A stretch of DNA of 64,000 nucleotides from Bdellovibrionota bacterium (GTDB lineage Bacteria; Bdellovibrionota; UBA1018; CAIPTA01; JAALKR01). Position 1 is the stretch's first letter, and each line of letters begins with the position of its first letter. The translations under genes were made by a program, and so were the position numbers. The notes beneath the pieces are model-generated. The model ran no database searches, had not been told where the DNA came from, and was given only the letters and a program-made list of their open reading frames with translations. Shown here one piece after another: positions 50,301 through 61,628 of the stretch. Where the stretch lies: NCBI GenBank assembly GCA_965207455.1, contig CBDBMJ010000001.1:384001-448000 (forward strand), in the 5' to 3' direction.

Positions 50301-51156
50301 TTTGGGGAACTTTGCCATTTATCAAGAATTTATTGGTGCAAGAGAATTCCTTGGGAAAGAAATTGAATGGAATGTTGATGATGCTGAAAAATTATTAACG
50401 ATTATCTTAGATTACTTTGATAAGGATAGAAAACATCTTGAGAAAAAGGAAAAAGATCCAATAGGAGAGAGAAAAAAAGAGTTTCAACGAAGATTTATGC
50501 AGGTAGGCAAGATTATTTCGTTTGCTGTAGTCCCTTTCTTTTCAGATAAATTATTCAAAAAGAAGAAAATCAAGTTGGAGAATTTCATTGAGGTATTGTC
50601 TAAAAATGATGTTAGTGTTTCTAGTCTAGCAGAAGAAATGTTTTCTAATAAAATAACTAAGAATGAAAAGTTCCTAGATATAGTTAAAGATGAGGCAAGT
50701 GAAAAATCCTCGGATAACTGCTTTAGAGGAATAATTTCGATAACAAGAATAATTGAAGTTAGTTACAGGAACGATGAATATTCTAATTACAGAAATTTAA
50801 GTGAGATTTTAGTTGAAATGGTTTACTGGCGAGTATTCCCTCATGTAATTGCTGCCTTGGGGAATATATCTTACTTAATAAATATGGTGGATAAATTTGA
50901 ATTAGGTCAAGTTTTAGACAGACTTATTGTGGGTTTAAATTATTTACGCTATGAGACTGAGTCAGAACGAAGTAATCAGTCTAGAAAATTCTCTGATTTG
51001 TTACATGCGAGAGAGCAAGCTGCCGAATTAGCTTTTTCTATTTATAAAAAGTTAAAAATAGAACAAAAACAAGTTCCTCAAGAAATAATGAAATGGAAAG
51101 AAGTTTGCTCATCAAATGAAGAGTTTGTTGAAGTGAAGAACCAGTGGTTAAATTAA
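47368..51156 (+). CDS. SIR2-domain anti-phage protein, Dsr1-like
   Basis: N-terminal SIR2_2 (IGTGFS, FTTNYD, KLHGS, IITEEDY, LIGFSGDDPNF..WIGWIRD) plus ~1000-aa helical region; 1262 aa fits Dsr1 architecture as I recall it. Confidence 0.8.
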   Translation: MSEKLKPDIKIYLDEISERLYSGHASIMIGTGFSKNAVPNANDSKSFLNWNELADIFFKKLYDRKPDEKDRYLNPIKLAEEVQAAFGRPTLDKIILDSLPDLDYSPAKLHKDLVSLPWNNIFTTNYDTLLERAGEKSTQRYDIVINQKDLVYSKNPRIVKLHGSFPSEKPFIITEEDYRTYPDHFALYLNTVQQSLIENTLCLIGFSGDDPNFLHWIGWIRDNLGYEHSPKIYLIGIFDISSSKMKLLERKNITVIDLSDTAPQGKDKHRKALEIFIKYLNKKEDDEIKLDWPSDKTLRPPNYDKKNDLKKEMSEVANEWRKVREEYPGWVVCPYENRKRLWSYTEDWTYERHLQSEDTDERVLLFLYELVWRLEKCLVPLWDDLAKSVNRVIEGFLSFDKTKLENENEFAAIHEKWLYLNFSYLRYLREEGLDDKWRESLKLTKSRPDSLPELYKIKMLFEECYFCLYRQDIKGLLGLFMQLKGKNLSPFEKARLASMMAEFGLLKESKALLEESLNSIRSLQNLKPITSDYTYLSQESYILQILKILKDEGSFWSRSNSNDKNPITKYYESSTEKKNKYDKEKSEDQPQDNDKHSRDYISEFVNRWSTLKDYKCDPWGELEFFKLKLEDQPIPYEREVKIDGFDIGHYSTSYKLGENDPEPLRAFNFLRFIEDIAMPLRVSNMTYGQESVNGAILRLHQVAPNWALSMMLRAGDSKSLDKILDRETLYRMKQEKVNYLLTFYLDLLNEVEELVGMSDSWKTSNIGIRIAQLVPEILSRLILKTTLENREKVLEFLIKVYSFKAKSNYSGIGNLCKRLISSWPQKDYNKLVNTILVNFTCQQESNHIIQREFPDPFLSLNIKGIKDHNVMISIPDVVVKDLLADFSKAEGEFRHNLFIRLAILNDIRALNKNQEKIFSELLWSLTCEDGFPSVGGDIDKYWFSTLPYPNKIEIYKLFKVYLLKLIPPVQDGNNVSISLGNFAIYQEFIGAREFLGKEIEWNVDDAEKLLTIILDYFDKDRKHLEKKEKDPIGERKKEFQRRFMQVGKIISFAVVPFFSDKLFKKKKIKLENFIEVLSKNDVSVSSLAEEMFSNKITKNEKFLDIVKDEASEKSSDNCFRGIISITRIIEVSYRNDEYSNYRNLSEILVEMVYWRVFPHVIAALGNISYLINMVDKFELGQVLDRLIVGLNYLRYETESERSNQSRKFSDLLHAREQAAELAFSIYKKLKIEQKQVPQEIMKWKEVCSSNEEFVEVKNQWLN

Positions 51157-51259
51157 AGGAAGAACAATATCAGTGTTAGATAAAAATGAGGTAATTGAAC
51201 TAAGAAAAGTATTAGAAGAATTTAAGCCTGTTACAGGCCCTATTTTGAGAAAGAAATAT

Positions 51260-51510
51260 TGCTCTTTCCCGAAAAAACGGACGCTTTTATACAACGCAGC
51301 GTTTTGTTTTTCTAGCATAGTCCATTGAACTCAAATATCCAAGCGAAGAATGCAGCCTTTCTCGATTATACCAACTTATGTATTCAAAAACAGCTCTTCT
51401 TGCCTCAGATATATCCTTAAATTTTGTCTTTCCTAACTCATTTTTAATCGTATGGAAAAAGCTCTCTGCGTAAGCATTATCATAGCAATTCCCCTTTTCG
51501 CAAGATACTA
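51260..51510 (-). mobile_element. IS3-family remnant (3' end of orfB plus right terminal repeat)
   Basis: GNCYDNAYAESFFHTIKNE...YI.WYNRERLHSSLGY; terminal TGCTCTTTCCCGAAAAAACGGAC at 51260. Upstream part missing. Confidence 0.85.
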
Positions 51511-51772
51511 AACTTCTCGATTTTTCCATATTCCAAAGAAATAAATATTATTATAATCCTATATTTATTTTTTAGCTGTCGCAATGTGGCTGTTAAGATA
51601 TCTTGGTAGTTATGATGCGACAGAATCGCTTGCTGATCATATAATTTGGTTTCAAGATTAGATATCTCTACACTGTAAGGGGTGTTTTTTTCTGAAACAA
51701 GAGTTAAATCTCCATAAATGGATAATTATTATATTAATAATTAAAAATTATGTATTTAGTATTTTTTCCTTA

Positions 51773-53546
51773 CTGTGAAACGGAAATAAGTGCATCATCC
51801 TTGCTCAAACTCCATTTTTATGGGTATAGGGATCAAGCTATATCCATATTTATCTCTAATTACCCGTTCAGGCTACTTTAACCTATGAATTTCACTGCCG
51901 TTTACTAAATTGAATAATAAAATCCAGAGAAAAAGGATTTTTCTAAAATTACTTCTGGGAATAGCTTAAAAATGATCTAACCGTATGCAGTGGAATGTAT
52001 CTCTGTTGATAGGTCGTCGAAAATCTTTATTAATTTTTTCCGAACCTCCTTTTTGAATGAGAGGATCAATCGCATAAAGTCAAAAGTTTTCATGATAGCA
52101 AAAGTTGTTTCTGTATACACGATAATATCAGGGTTTTTCTCTTCTGGCCGCTTTTGCCTGTATGTTTTTAATGTGAAATCATCAAGTGAATCACACTCTT
52201 CCGAGTTAAGAAAGAGATTAAAAAGATTATAAGCAATCGTTCCCATTACAACCCTAAAGACAACCTGGGTGTATTTTTTGGAAGGCAGTTTTTCTAGTCC
52301 CTGGAAACATTTCATTTGGCGGTGAGATTCTTCAATTTCTGTGCGCAAGTCATAAGTGCTTAAAACTGCCTTTGCTGATTTATTCTTCCTAGTATCTGCA
52401 AAAATAATGTTTTCTTCCTCACCGTTTCTCTTTGTAAAATTAACTAATACACCACTTTTAAATACAGAAAACGATTTCCAGTCCAAATCGTCCTCCTTAA
52501 GCTCTTTTATTCTTTGTTGGTACCTTGTGGGATGAGGCGCCCATTTATTTTCTGCCAAGGCTTCAGCGACTACGTATTTACTTACCTCTAAACTCTTTTT
52601 TAAGGGAATACAGATATCAATTCCACGATCCTGCTTTAAAGAGGTTATCCATTTGCTATCTAAAAAACCTCTATCCATGATTAAAACGGAATTTCTTTCA
52701 AAATTAAAGTCCTTTACCAGCTCTCTTCCAAGGGTGAGGTCATGCTCATTGATAGGGGCAAATTTCATTGCACGAATAACTCCCTTTCGGTCAATAATTT
52801 CTTGAATCCAGACAACCTTATATCCATACTCAGAATCATTCTCAGCATTTTTTAAAACTCCAGCACCTTGAAAACTTTCGAAAAGATGTTTTGGAACATG
52901 TAACTTAGTTCCATCAATAATATAGTGATGAGTTCTTCCAACCGACTGCTCTTTGAATATATTATTTAGGATACCATTAAACCAATCTACTATATCCTCT
53001 GCCTTAGTTGATAGTAAGACGTGTTTTAGAGTCTCTCCATGAAATGCAGCTTCTCTAGGGTACTTATTTTTTCCATTAAACCCCTCTTCCAGCACTTTGG
53101 CTGAGTATCTTAATTTAGCTATAAGCTCTGCTGAATTTAACATATAAGGCGCTGAAACTAACGAGTGTTCATCATTTAGCCGTTGAATAATCTGCGCTAA
53201 TAAAAGAAACTCAATAGGAACTTCGTATCTTTTTCTTGGATCAGGAAAGGACTTTAATACATCCTGCAAGAACCCTGCATCGAGAGCATACTTGGCAATG
53301 GAATCGACCGGCATTTTTTGGCTTATTCTAACAGACTCTATAATGCCCTTCTTCAGTGATTCAATCGTCTTTTTCTTATCATTTTTTATTATTGGTAGAT
53401 CAGGAAACATTCTAAAAGGTTAAATTATTTTTGATCAAAACGCATGATTATTTTTCATACACGGTATTGGAGTTCAAATGAAGAATTTTTTAACACTCTT
53501 TCTTGTATTTATTTTTTCTTTGACACGAATTCTCTCCGTTTCACAA
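51773..53546 (-). mobile_element. Complete IS4-like insertion sequence (1774 bp)
   Basis: Terminal inverted repeats CTGTGAAACGGAAATAA / TTGTGAAACGGAGAGAA; 9-bp target duplication TTTTCCTTA at 51764-51772 and 53547-53555. Confidence 0.85.
51977..53410 (-). CDS. DDE transposase (IS4-like)
   Basis: IIDGT, IMDRGF, YDLRTEIEESHRQMK (Y-x2-R-x3-E-x6-K). Confidence 0.9.
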   Translation of the reverse strand: MFPDLPIIKNDKKKTIESLKKGIIESVRISQKMPVDSIAKYALDAGFLQDVLKSFPDPRKRYEVPIEFLLLAQIIQRLNDEHSLVSAPYMLNSAELIAKLRYSAKVLEEGFNGKNKYPREAAFHGETLKHVLLSTKAEDIVDWFNGILNNIFKEQSVGRTHHYIIDGTKLHVPKHLFESFQGAGVLKNAENDSEYGYKVVWIQEIIDRKGVIRAMKFAPINEHDLTLGRELVKDFNFERNSVLIMDRGFLDSKWITSLKQDRGIDICIPLKKSLEVSKYVVAEALAENKWAPHPTRYQQRIKELKEDDLDWKSFSVFKSGVLVNFTKRNGEEENIIFADTRKNKSAKAVLSTYDLRTEIEESHRQMKCFQGLEKLPSKKYTQVVFRVVMGTIAYNLFNLFLNSEECDSLDDFTLKTYRQKRPEEKNPDIIVYTETTFAIMKTFDFMRLILSFKKEVRKKLIKIFDDLSTEIHSTAYG

Positions 53547-53622
53547 TTTTCCTTAATCTTTTGTCCATCCTTCCGATAAAATAGATAATGTTTGAGAGAT
53601 TAAAAGATTTAAGGAGAAATTT

Positions 53623-55857
<2,235 letters not shown>

Positions 55858-56228
55858 ATAGAAAATAAAAAATAGAGAAACTAATTATTAGGATAAATTG
55901 AGAATGCTAATATGAGAGAAATTTTTGCTTGAACTTTTATAAATTGTTAGGCCTCAGATTTACAAGAAATTAATAGAGTCCCTGTTTTAGGGAACAATTC
56001 AGTGTGAGCTATGCTATTCAGCTCCTTAACTCGTCGCAATAAATCCTTACTATCAGGCAGATTCACTGTCGAAGGTATAATTTTTTTTAATCACAAAGAA
56101 TAAAAAATATCATTATATTTATTTCTAGCTTTGTTCGATAAGTGTACATGAAAGAGAAGTCAACATACCTGATTCGTGGACATTGGAATGCTTTTGTATC
56201 ATGGGTCAGAAGAAAGGGAATAGGGATT

Positions 56229-57437
56229 ATGGAAAAGCTAGAAAACAGAACAAAAACAGCTACATCGATGGTTTCTGTGCTAAATATGGCTAGTTGCGCG
56301 AGAAGGTCGGACGATTGCTTCTTAACACTCAAGCAAGTAGAGGAGCCATTTCACTCTCTAAAGAATCGAGAAGACGATGGAGGCCTCACAAATGTCGTAA
56401 AGATTTTTGAAAAGCAGGAGGAGCACACCTCCCTCGATAGAGCCACGAAGGTGGCAAAAGATATTATGGCAGAGGTTATGCAGTTCCGTCGCATGCCGAA
56501 CCATGAAAATTGCGATTTGCCCTGCCCCTCGTGCCTCTCGCCCCATCTACCCAAAGTCACTTCTGCAATTCAACAGGGAAAACCCGTTACTTTCGTACTT
56601 CCCGCATTTCCAGGTAAGTCGCCCAATCTTGCGAAGGTTCTTGGAGCAATGCCAGACATAGCCGAGCAACACTCCCTCCAGTTCCTAAATCAACTTTGCA
56701 ATCGCATTCGAAAGCATTACTTGCCAGGCGCTCGAGTTATCTTGTGCTCAGATGGTCGGGTTTTTAGCGACATCGTAGGTATGCGCGAGAAAGACGTAAC
56801 CGACTACCAACACGAACTGGCTCAAATGATCAAAGAACTCAACCTTGAAAATCTTTCAACCTTTAACCTCGATGAACTGTGCGACGGAAGAGACTTCGTT
56901 CAAATGCGTAACGAGCTAATGGACGAATATGGAAAGTCGCTGGAATCTCTTAGAGAAAAAGTTCGACGAGGCGGAAAACTCTCTGAAAACTCAGAAGACC
57001 AAGAAGCACACCGTATGTACTGCGGAATTACCCGATTCTTGTTCGAAGACTCCATGTACCCCGGTCAGACAAAAAGCCGTACAGCAGTCCAAAAAGACTC
57101 CCGAATTAGAGCCTATCAAGTTATCCGTAGAAGCAATGCTTGGAGTGAACTCATTGGAGAACTCTTCCCCGATGCAGTTCGATTCTCCATTCATCCTCAA
57201 ACCTGTGGAGCAAAAAAGCTTGGTATTCGCCTTATGGAAGCCGAAAGCTGGATGACTCCTTGGCATGGAGTCGCGATGAAGACAGATGAGGGCTTTGTCC
57301 TTCTCAAGCGCTCACAGGCCGAAGCCCTAGGAGCTCAAATGGTATGCTCGGAAAATGGACGTCCCAGCCATTATGATTTGACGGCAAGCCAAACAGCGGT
57401 TAACTTAGAAAGCAGAAAAATTAAGGTATCATTATGA
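56229..57437 (+). CDS. pvcA: L-tyrosine/tryptophan isonitrile synthase (PvcA/IsnA/Dit1 family)
   Basis: FVLPAFPGKSPN, LG.MPD.AE, CSDGRVFSD, RSNAWS, RFSIHPQ, WMTPWHGVA. Start uncertain (ORF open from 56142). Confidence 0.93.
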   Translation: MEKLENRTKTATSMVSVLNMASCARRSDDCFLTLKQVEEPFHSLKNREDDGGLTNVVKIFEKQEEHTSLDRATKVAKDIMAEVMQFRRMPNHENCDLPCPSCLSPHLPKVTSAIQQGKPVTFVLPAFPGKSPNLAKVLGAMPDIAEQHSLQFLNQLCNRIRKHYLPGARVILCSDGRVFSDIVGMREKDVTDYQHELAQMIKELNLENLSTFNLDELCDGRDFVQMRNELMDEYGKSLESLREKVRRGGKLSENSEDQEAHRMYCGITRFLFEDSMYPGQTKSRTAVQKDSRIRAYQVIRRSNAWSELIGELFPDAVRFSIHPQTCGAKKLGIRLMEAESWMTPWHGVAMKTDEGFVLLKRSQAEALGAQMVCSENGRPSHYDLTASQTAVNLESRKIKVSL

Positions 57438-58270
57438 AATATACAACCTCAAGACTTGAACCCTTTGGCTTACTGATCGAGCCGCTTCACTCAAACGACG
57501 ATGTACACACCCTCGATGTGGAGGAACTGCGGGATCTTTTTCAGCGCGAACACCTCATTGCCCTAAGGGGTTTTCATACATTTAAGGGAGCAGAGGGCTT
57601 TTCCGAGTACTGTGAACGCTGGGGGGAAGTCAGCCTATGGCCCTTTGGCAAAGTGCTGGAGCTTGTAGAGCAGGATAATCCAGAAGATCATATTTTCGAC
57701 TCCAGCTACGTTCCCCTACACTGGGATGGAATGTATCGCCCCCAAGTTCCCGAGTACCAGATATTTCACTGTGTTCAGGCACCCCCAGCAGATTCTGGAG
57801 GTCGCACTACTTTTTCAAACACCGTGCTTGCCCTAGAACATGCTCCAAGCCATGTACGCTCACTTTGGAGCAAGGTCACCGGTGTTTATCACCGAAAGAT
57901 GGAGTTCTATAACAGCAAAACAGTCTCACCTATCATTACTCGCCACCCACAGAGAGATTACCCTGTGATTCGTTATAATGAGCCTCCAGTGGAGACAGAC
58001 AAAGACTTTGTTAACCCTCCAGTACTGGAGTTTACTGGTCTAAATGCTGAGGATCTTTCAGAATTTCATCGCAGTTTACAGGAAGCGCTCCGTGCTCCCA
58101 GCAATTTTTACGCCCATGAATGGCACACAGGAGATATTGTTATTTCCGACAATTTCACCCTTTTGCATGGTCGAGAATCCTTTGTATCAAAAGCACCACG
58201 ACACCTTCGACGAGTTCATGTACTCAGCGATCCCCCACTGAATAACCCCGGTTTGGAATCCTACAAATGA
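57434..58270 (+). CDS. pvcB: Fe(II)/2-oxoglutarate oxygenase, PvcB/IsnB (TauD family)
   Basis: W.FG.VLELVE, VPLHWDGMY, GGRTTF, DNFTLLHGR; ATGA overlap with pvcA. Confidence 0.92.
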   Translation: MKYTTSRLEPFGLLIEPLHSNDDVHTLDVEELRDLFQREHLIALRGFHTFKGAEGFSEYCERWGEVSLWPFGKVLELVEQDNPEDHIFDSSYVPLHWDGMYRPQVPEYQIFHCVQAPPADSGGRTTFSNTVLALEHAPSHVRSLWSKVTGVYHRKMEFYNSKTVSPIITRHPQRDYPVIRYNEPPVETDKDFVNPPVLEFTGLNAEDLSEFHRSLQEALRAPSNFYAHEWHTGDIVISDNFTLLHGRESFVSKAPRHLRRVHVLSDPPLNNPGLESYK

Positions 58271-59757
58271 ACCAACTTTTGACAGGAAGCCAATACCTAG
58301 AAAGCCTACGCGATGGGCGAAATGTTTACTTGAACGGCGAAAAGGTTAGCGATGTAACCACTCACCCTGCGTTTCGTAATAGCGCTCTATCGATTAGTCG
58401 AATGTACGATGCGCTTCACGATCCTAAAAGCAAGGAAACACTCACAGCCATCGATGAATTTGGAACTCGTACACATAAGTTTTTTAAGCCCAGTAGAAGT
58501 GTGCAGGATCTTGTGGAAGCAAGAGAGGCCATTGCCCACTGGCAAAGAATGGGATACGGCTTTCTTGGTCGCACACCTGAGTATAAGGCATCGTTTATGG
58601 CAGGACTAGCTGTGAATGCGGATTACTACGGGTCATTTTCCGAGACTGCGAAAGGATGGTATCGGGAGTTCACACAAAAGGGTTTATACCTTAACCATGT
58701 GATTATCAATCCTCCAATCGACCGAAAGCGACCCATTCACGAGATGGGTGAAGAGTTTATCCACGCCGTTCGAGAAACCGACGCTGGAATTATCGTTAGT
58801 GGTGCAAAAATGCTTGCCACAGGTTCAGCAATTACACACGCAAGCTTTGTTGCTCCAGTGGCGTCCGCTGTTCTTGAACCAGGCAGGGCCGAGGATTTTG
58901 CCCTCGTATTCTTCGTTCGAATGAATAATCCCAAATTACGCTTAATTTGCCGTGCACCCTTTGGTACACGCGCTCCTTTCGACCAACCACTTTCCAGTCG
59001 ATTTGATGAAAACGATGCGGTTTTGATTCTTGATGAAGCCTTTATTCCTTGGGAGGACGTGCTCGTATACCGGGATATCGATCGTTCCACTCAGTTTTAT
59101 GTCAAGTCCGGTTTTCCCAACCTATACAACTTTCAATCGGCTATTCGACTTTCTACAAAGCTTGAGTTTATGACCGGGCTTCTCTCTCGCTGCGTGCGAT
59201 CCAATGGCACCGATTCCTTTCGAGGCGTTCAGGCAGCACTGGGTGAAATGATTTCTATGCGAAATATGGTTTGGGCTCTGACCAGTGCGATGGCCTACGA
59301 TCCTGAACCGTCAACGGGTGGCACTGTGGTTCCTCGCCTCGATCACGCAACAGCTATGCGCATGTATAATGCGCAGATTTGGGCACGAGTGCATGAACTT
59401 TTTGAAGTAAATTTAGGAGGATCTCCCATTGTCGTTCCTTCCAGTTGCCACGACTTAAAAAACAAGGAACTCAAGCCGCTCATCGATCGCTACTACCGTG
59501 GCGCTGACTGTAGTGCCGAAGAACGAATTCAACTCCTCAAGCTGGCATGGGACGCTATTGGTTCCGAGTTCGGAGGACGAGACGAACTCTACGAACGCAA
59601 TTATTCTGGAAACGGAGAACAGGTTCGATTGGACGCCCTAAAATGGGCAAAAAAAAGCGGATCCCTGGAACGCTTCGAAGGGTTCGTGCAAGAATGCATG
59701 GATGATTACAATGTGGACGGTTGGGTGCGCGGCCCTTGGAAGAATGGGGGCAACTGA
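58267..59757 (+). CDS. pvcC: Flavin-dependent aromatic hydroxylase, PvcC/HpaB family
   Basis: YLESLRDGR, HPAFRNS, GRTPEYKA, NPPIDR, GAKMLAT, PLSSRFDENDA, GSEFGGR.ELYE.NYSG. Confidence 0.9.
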   Translation: MNQLLTGSQYLESLRDGRNVYLNGEKVSDVTTHPAFRNSALSISRMYDALHDPKSKETLTAIDEFGTRTHKFFKPSRSVQDLVEAREAIAHWQRMGYGFLGRTPEYKASFMAGLAVNADYYGSFSETAKGWYREFTQKGLYLNHVIINPPIDRKRPIHEMGEEFIHAVRETDAGIIVSGAKMLATGSAITHASFVAPVASAVLEPGRAEDFALVFFVRMNNPKLRLICRAPFGTRAPFDQPLSSRFDENDAVLILDEAFIPWEDVLVYRDIDRSTQFYVKSGFPNLYNFQSAIRLSTKLEFMTGLLSRCVRSNGTDSFRGVQAALGEMISMRNMVWALTSAMAYDPEPSTGGTVVPRLDHATAMRMYNAQIWARVHELFEVNLGGSPIVVPSSCHDLKNKELKPLIDRYYRGADCSAEERIQLLKLAWDAIGSEFGGRDELYERNYSGNGEQVRLDALKWAKKSGSLERFEGFVQECMDDYNVDGWVRGPWKNGGN

Positions 59758-61628
59758 TGTGCGGAATCACAGGATGGGTCGACTTTAACCAAAATCCAGA
59801 AACTCAAACTCTTCAAGCCATGACGAAAACCCTCGAAAGACGGGGACCAGATGGCAGCGGCGTATGGATGGATAAGCACGTTGGTTTGGGACACCGTCGT
59901 TTGGCAGTGATCGACCCTCAAGGAGGCGCTCAACCCATGTTGAGTCCAGAACAGTCGAAAAAAAATGTTCCACTTGCGGTTATCTCCTATAACGGTGAAG
60001 TATATAACTTTCGCGAGCTAAGAGAAGAACTGAAAACCTTGGGCCATACATTTCGAACTCAGTGTGATACTGAGGTTATCCTTCGCGCATTCCTTGAATG
60101 GAAGTTGGATTGCGTGCAAAAACTTAATGGCATTTATGCGTTTGCGATATGGGACAGTGAGAACGAAGAGCTCTTACTTGTTCGGGATCGCCTTGGTGTT
60201 AAGCCACTTTTTTATTATCCACTTGAGGACGGCATACTCTTTGGTTCAGAACCTAAAGCCATCCTTGCTAATCCACTTGCCCATGCAAGAGTTTCACGAG
60301 AGGAACTTTGCGACGCGCTTCTCTTTTTGCGTACTCCAGGGAGAGTGCCCTTTCAAGGGATGAGCGAACTCAAGCCCGGGTATATTTTACGTGTTCGCCG
60401 TGGAGGAATCCGAGAGGAGCGCTACTGGAGTCTTGAAGCTCGACCCCATACGGATGATATGGAAACTACGATTAAAACCGTTCGCGAACTTTTAGAAGAC
60501 ACCGTAACTCGACAAATGGTTTCAGATGTGCCACTTTGTTCACTACTTTCTGGAGGACTGGATTCCAGTGCAGTGTCTGCTTTTGCTCAGCGAGTTCGTC
60601 GCTCTCAAGGTGAGAAGATTTCAACTTTCGTGGTGGATTTTATTGGTCAGACGGATAATTACCAAGCAGATCCCATTCGTCCCTCTCCAGATTTACCCTT
60701 TGCCCAAGAAGTCGCTGACCATATTGAATCAGACCATCACGAAGTTATACTCGACAAAGCACGTCTCATCGATCCAGAAGTACGTGAAGCCGTGCTTAAC
60801 TCCTGGGATCTTCCCTTTAACTTCGGAGACCTTGATATTTCTCTGTACTTACTCTTTATGGCTGTTCGTAAACACGCAACAGTTGTTCTCTCTGGAGAAG
60901 CTGCCGATGAACTTTTTGGAGGTTATCTTTGGTTTAACGATGAGAACGCCATACAAGCCGAGACCTTTCCGTGGCTCAAGCTAGCTGCCCATAAAGGATT
61001 GAATCCAAGTGCTCTCTTTAACAAATCATTCCTTGAAAAACTTCGACTGGACGAATACCAAAACGACCTCTACCAGTCGGCCTTGCAAGAAGTGCCTCGC
61101 TTAGAAGGTGAAAATTCGAAAGAAGCTCGACTTCGCGAGATTGCCTATCTCACACTCACCCGTTGGCTTCCCATTCTGCTGGAAAAGAAAGATCGAATGA
61201 GTATGGCAGTGGGGATCGAAGGTCGCGTTCCCTTTTGTGATCATCGACTTGTGGAATACGTTTTCAATATTCCTTGGGAGATGAAAAAATCCTTTGCCTT
61301 GGAAAAAGGAATTCTTCGTGAAGCTGTAAAAGACCTTCTTCCTAAATCAGTGGTTCAACGTAAGAAGGCAGCGTATCCGACAGTTCAAGATCCGCAATAC
61401 GATCAAGAATTAGCATCCCTGTTGAACTCAAGTTTGAAAAATCCAAACTCTGCATTGCACGCATACTTGTCGAAAGAAGGTGTGGAAAAGATTGTGGCTA
61501 AGAGCGATCAAGCTGCCCTATCGGAATTTGAGCGCATTCTTGTGGAGTCGACAGTAAGGTTAGATGCTTGGATCACTAAGTACAATATCGAAATGCCAGA
61601 TTGGAGTAATGAAAATGAAAGCCATTAG
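59757..61628 (+). CDS. Asparagine synthetase-like glutamine amidotransferase
   Basis: MCGI N-terminal nucleophile, RRGPD, GHRRL, NGEVYN, LSGGLDSS, SGEAADELFGGY; TGATG coupling to pvcC. Confidence 0.93.
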   Translation: MCGITGWVDFNQNPETQTLQAMTKTLERRGPDGSGVWMDKHVGLGHRRLAVIDPQGGAQPMLSPEQSKKNVPLAVISYNGEVYNFRELREELKTLGHTFRTQCDTEVILRAFLEWKLDCVQKLNGIYAFAIWDSENEELLLVRDRLGVKPLFYYPLEDGILFGSEPKAILANPLAHARVSREELCDALLFLRTPGRVPFQGMSELKPGYILRVRRGGIREERYWSLEARPHTDDMETTIKTVRELLEDTVTRQMVSDVPLCSLLSGGLDSSAVSAFAQRVRRSQGEKISTFVVDFIGQTDNYQADPIRPSPDLPFAQEVADHIESDHHEVILDKARLIDPEVREAVLNSWDLPFNFGDLDISLYLLFMAVRKHATVVLSGEAADELFGGYLWFNDENAIQAETFPWLKLAAHKGLNPSALFNKSFLEKLRLDEYQNDLYQSALQEVPRLEGENSKEARLREIAYLTLTRWLPILLEKKDRMSMAVGIEGRVPFCDHRLVEYVFNIPWEMKKSFALEKGILREAVKDLLPKSVVQRKKAAYPTVQDPQYDQELASLLNSSLKNPNSALHAYLSKEGVEKIVAKSDQAALSEFERILVESTVRLDAWITKYNIEMPDWSNENESH

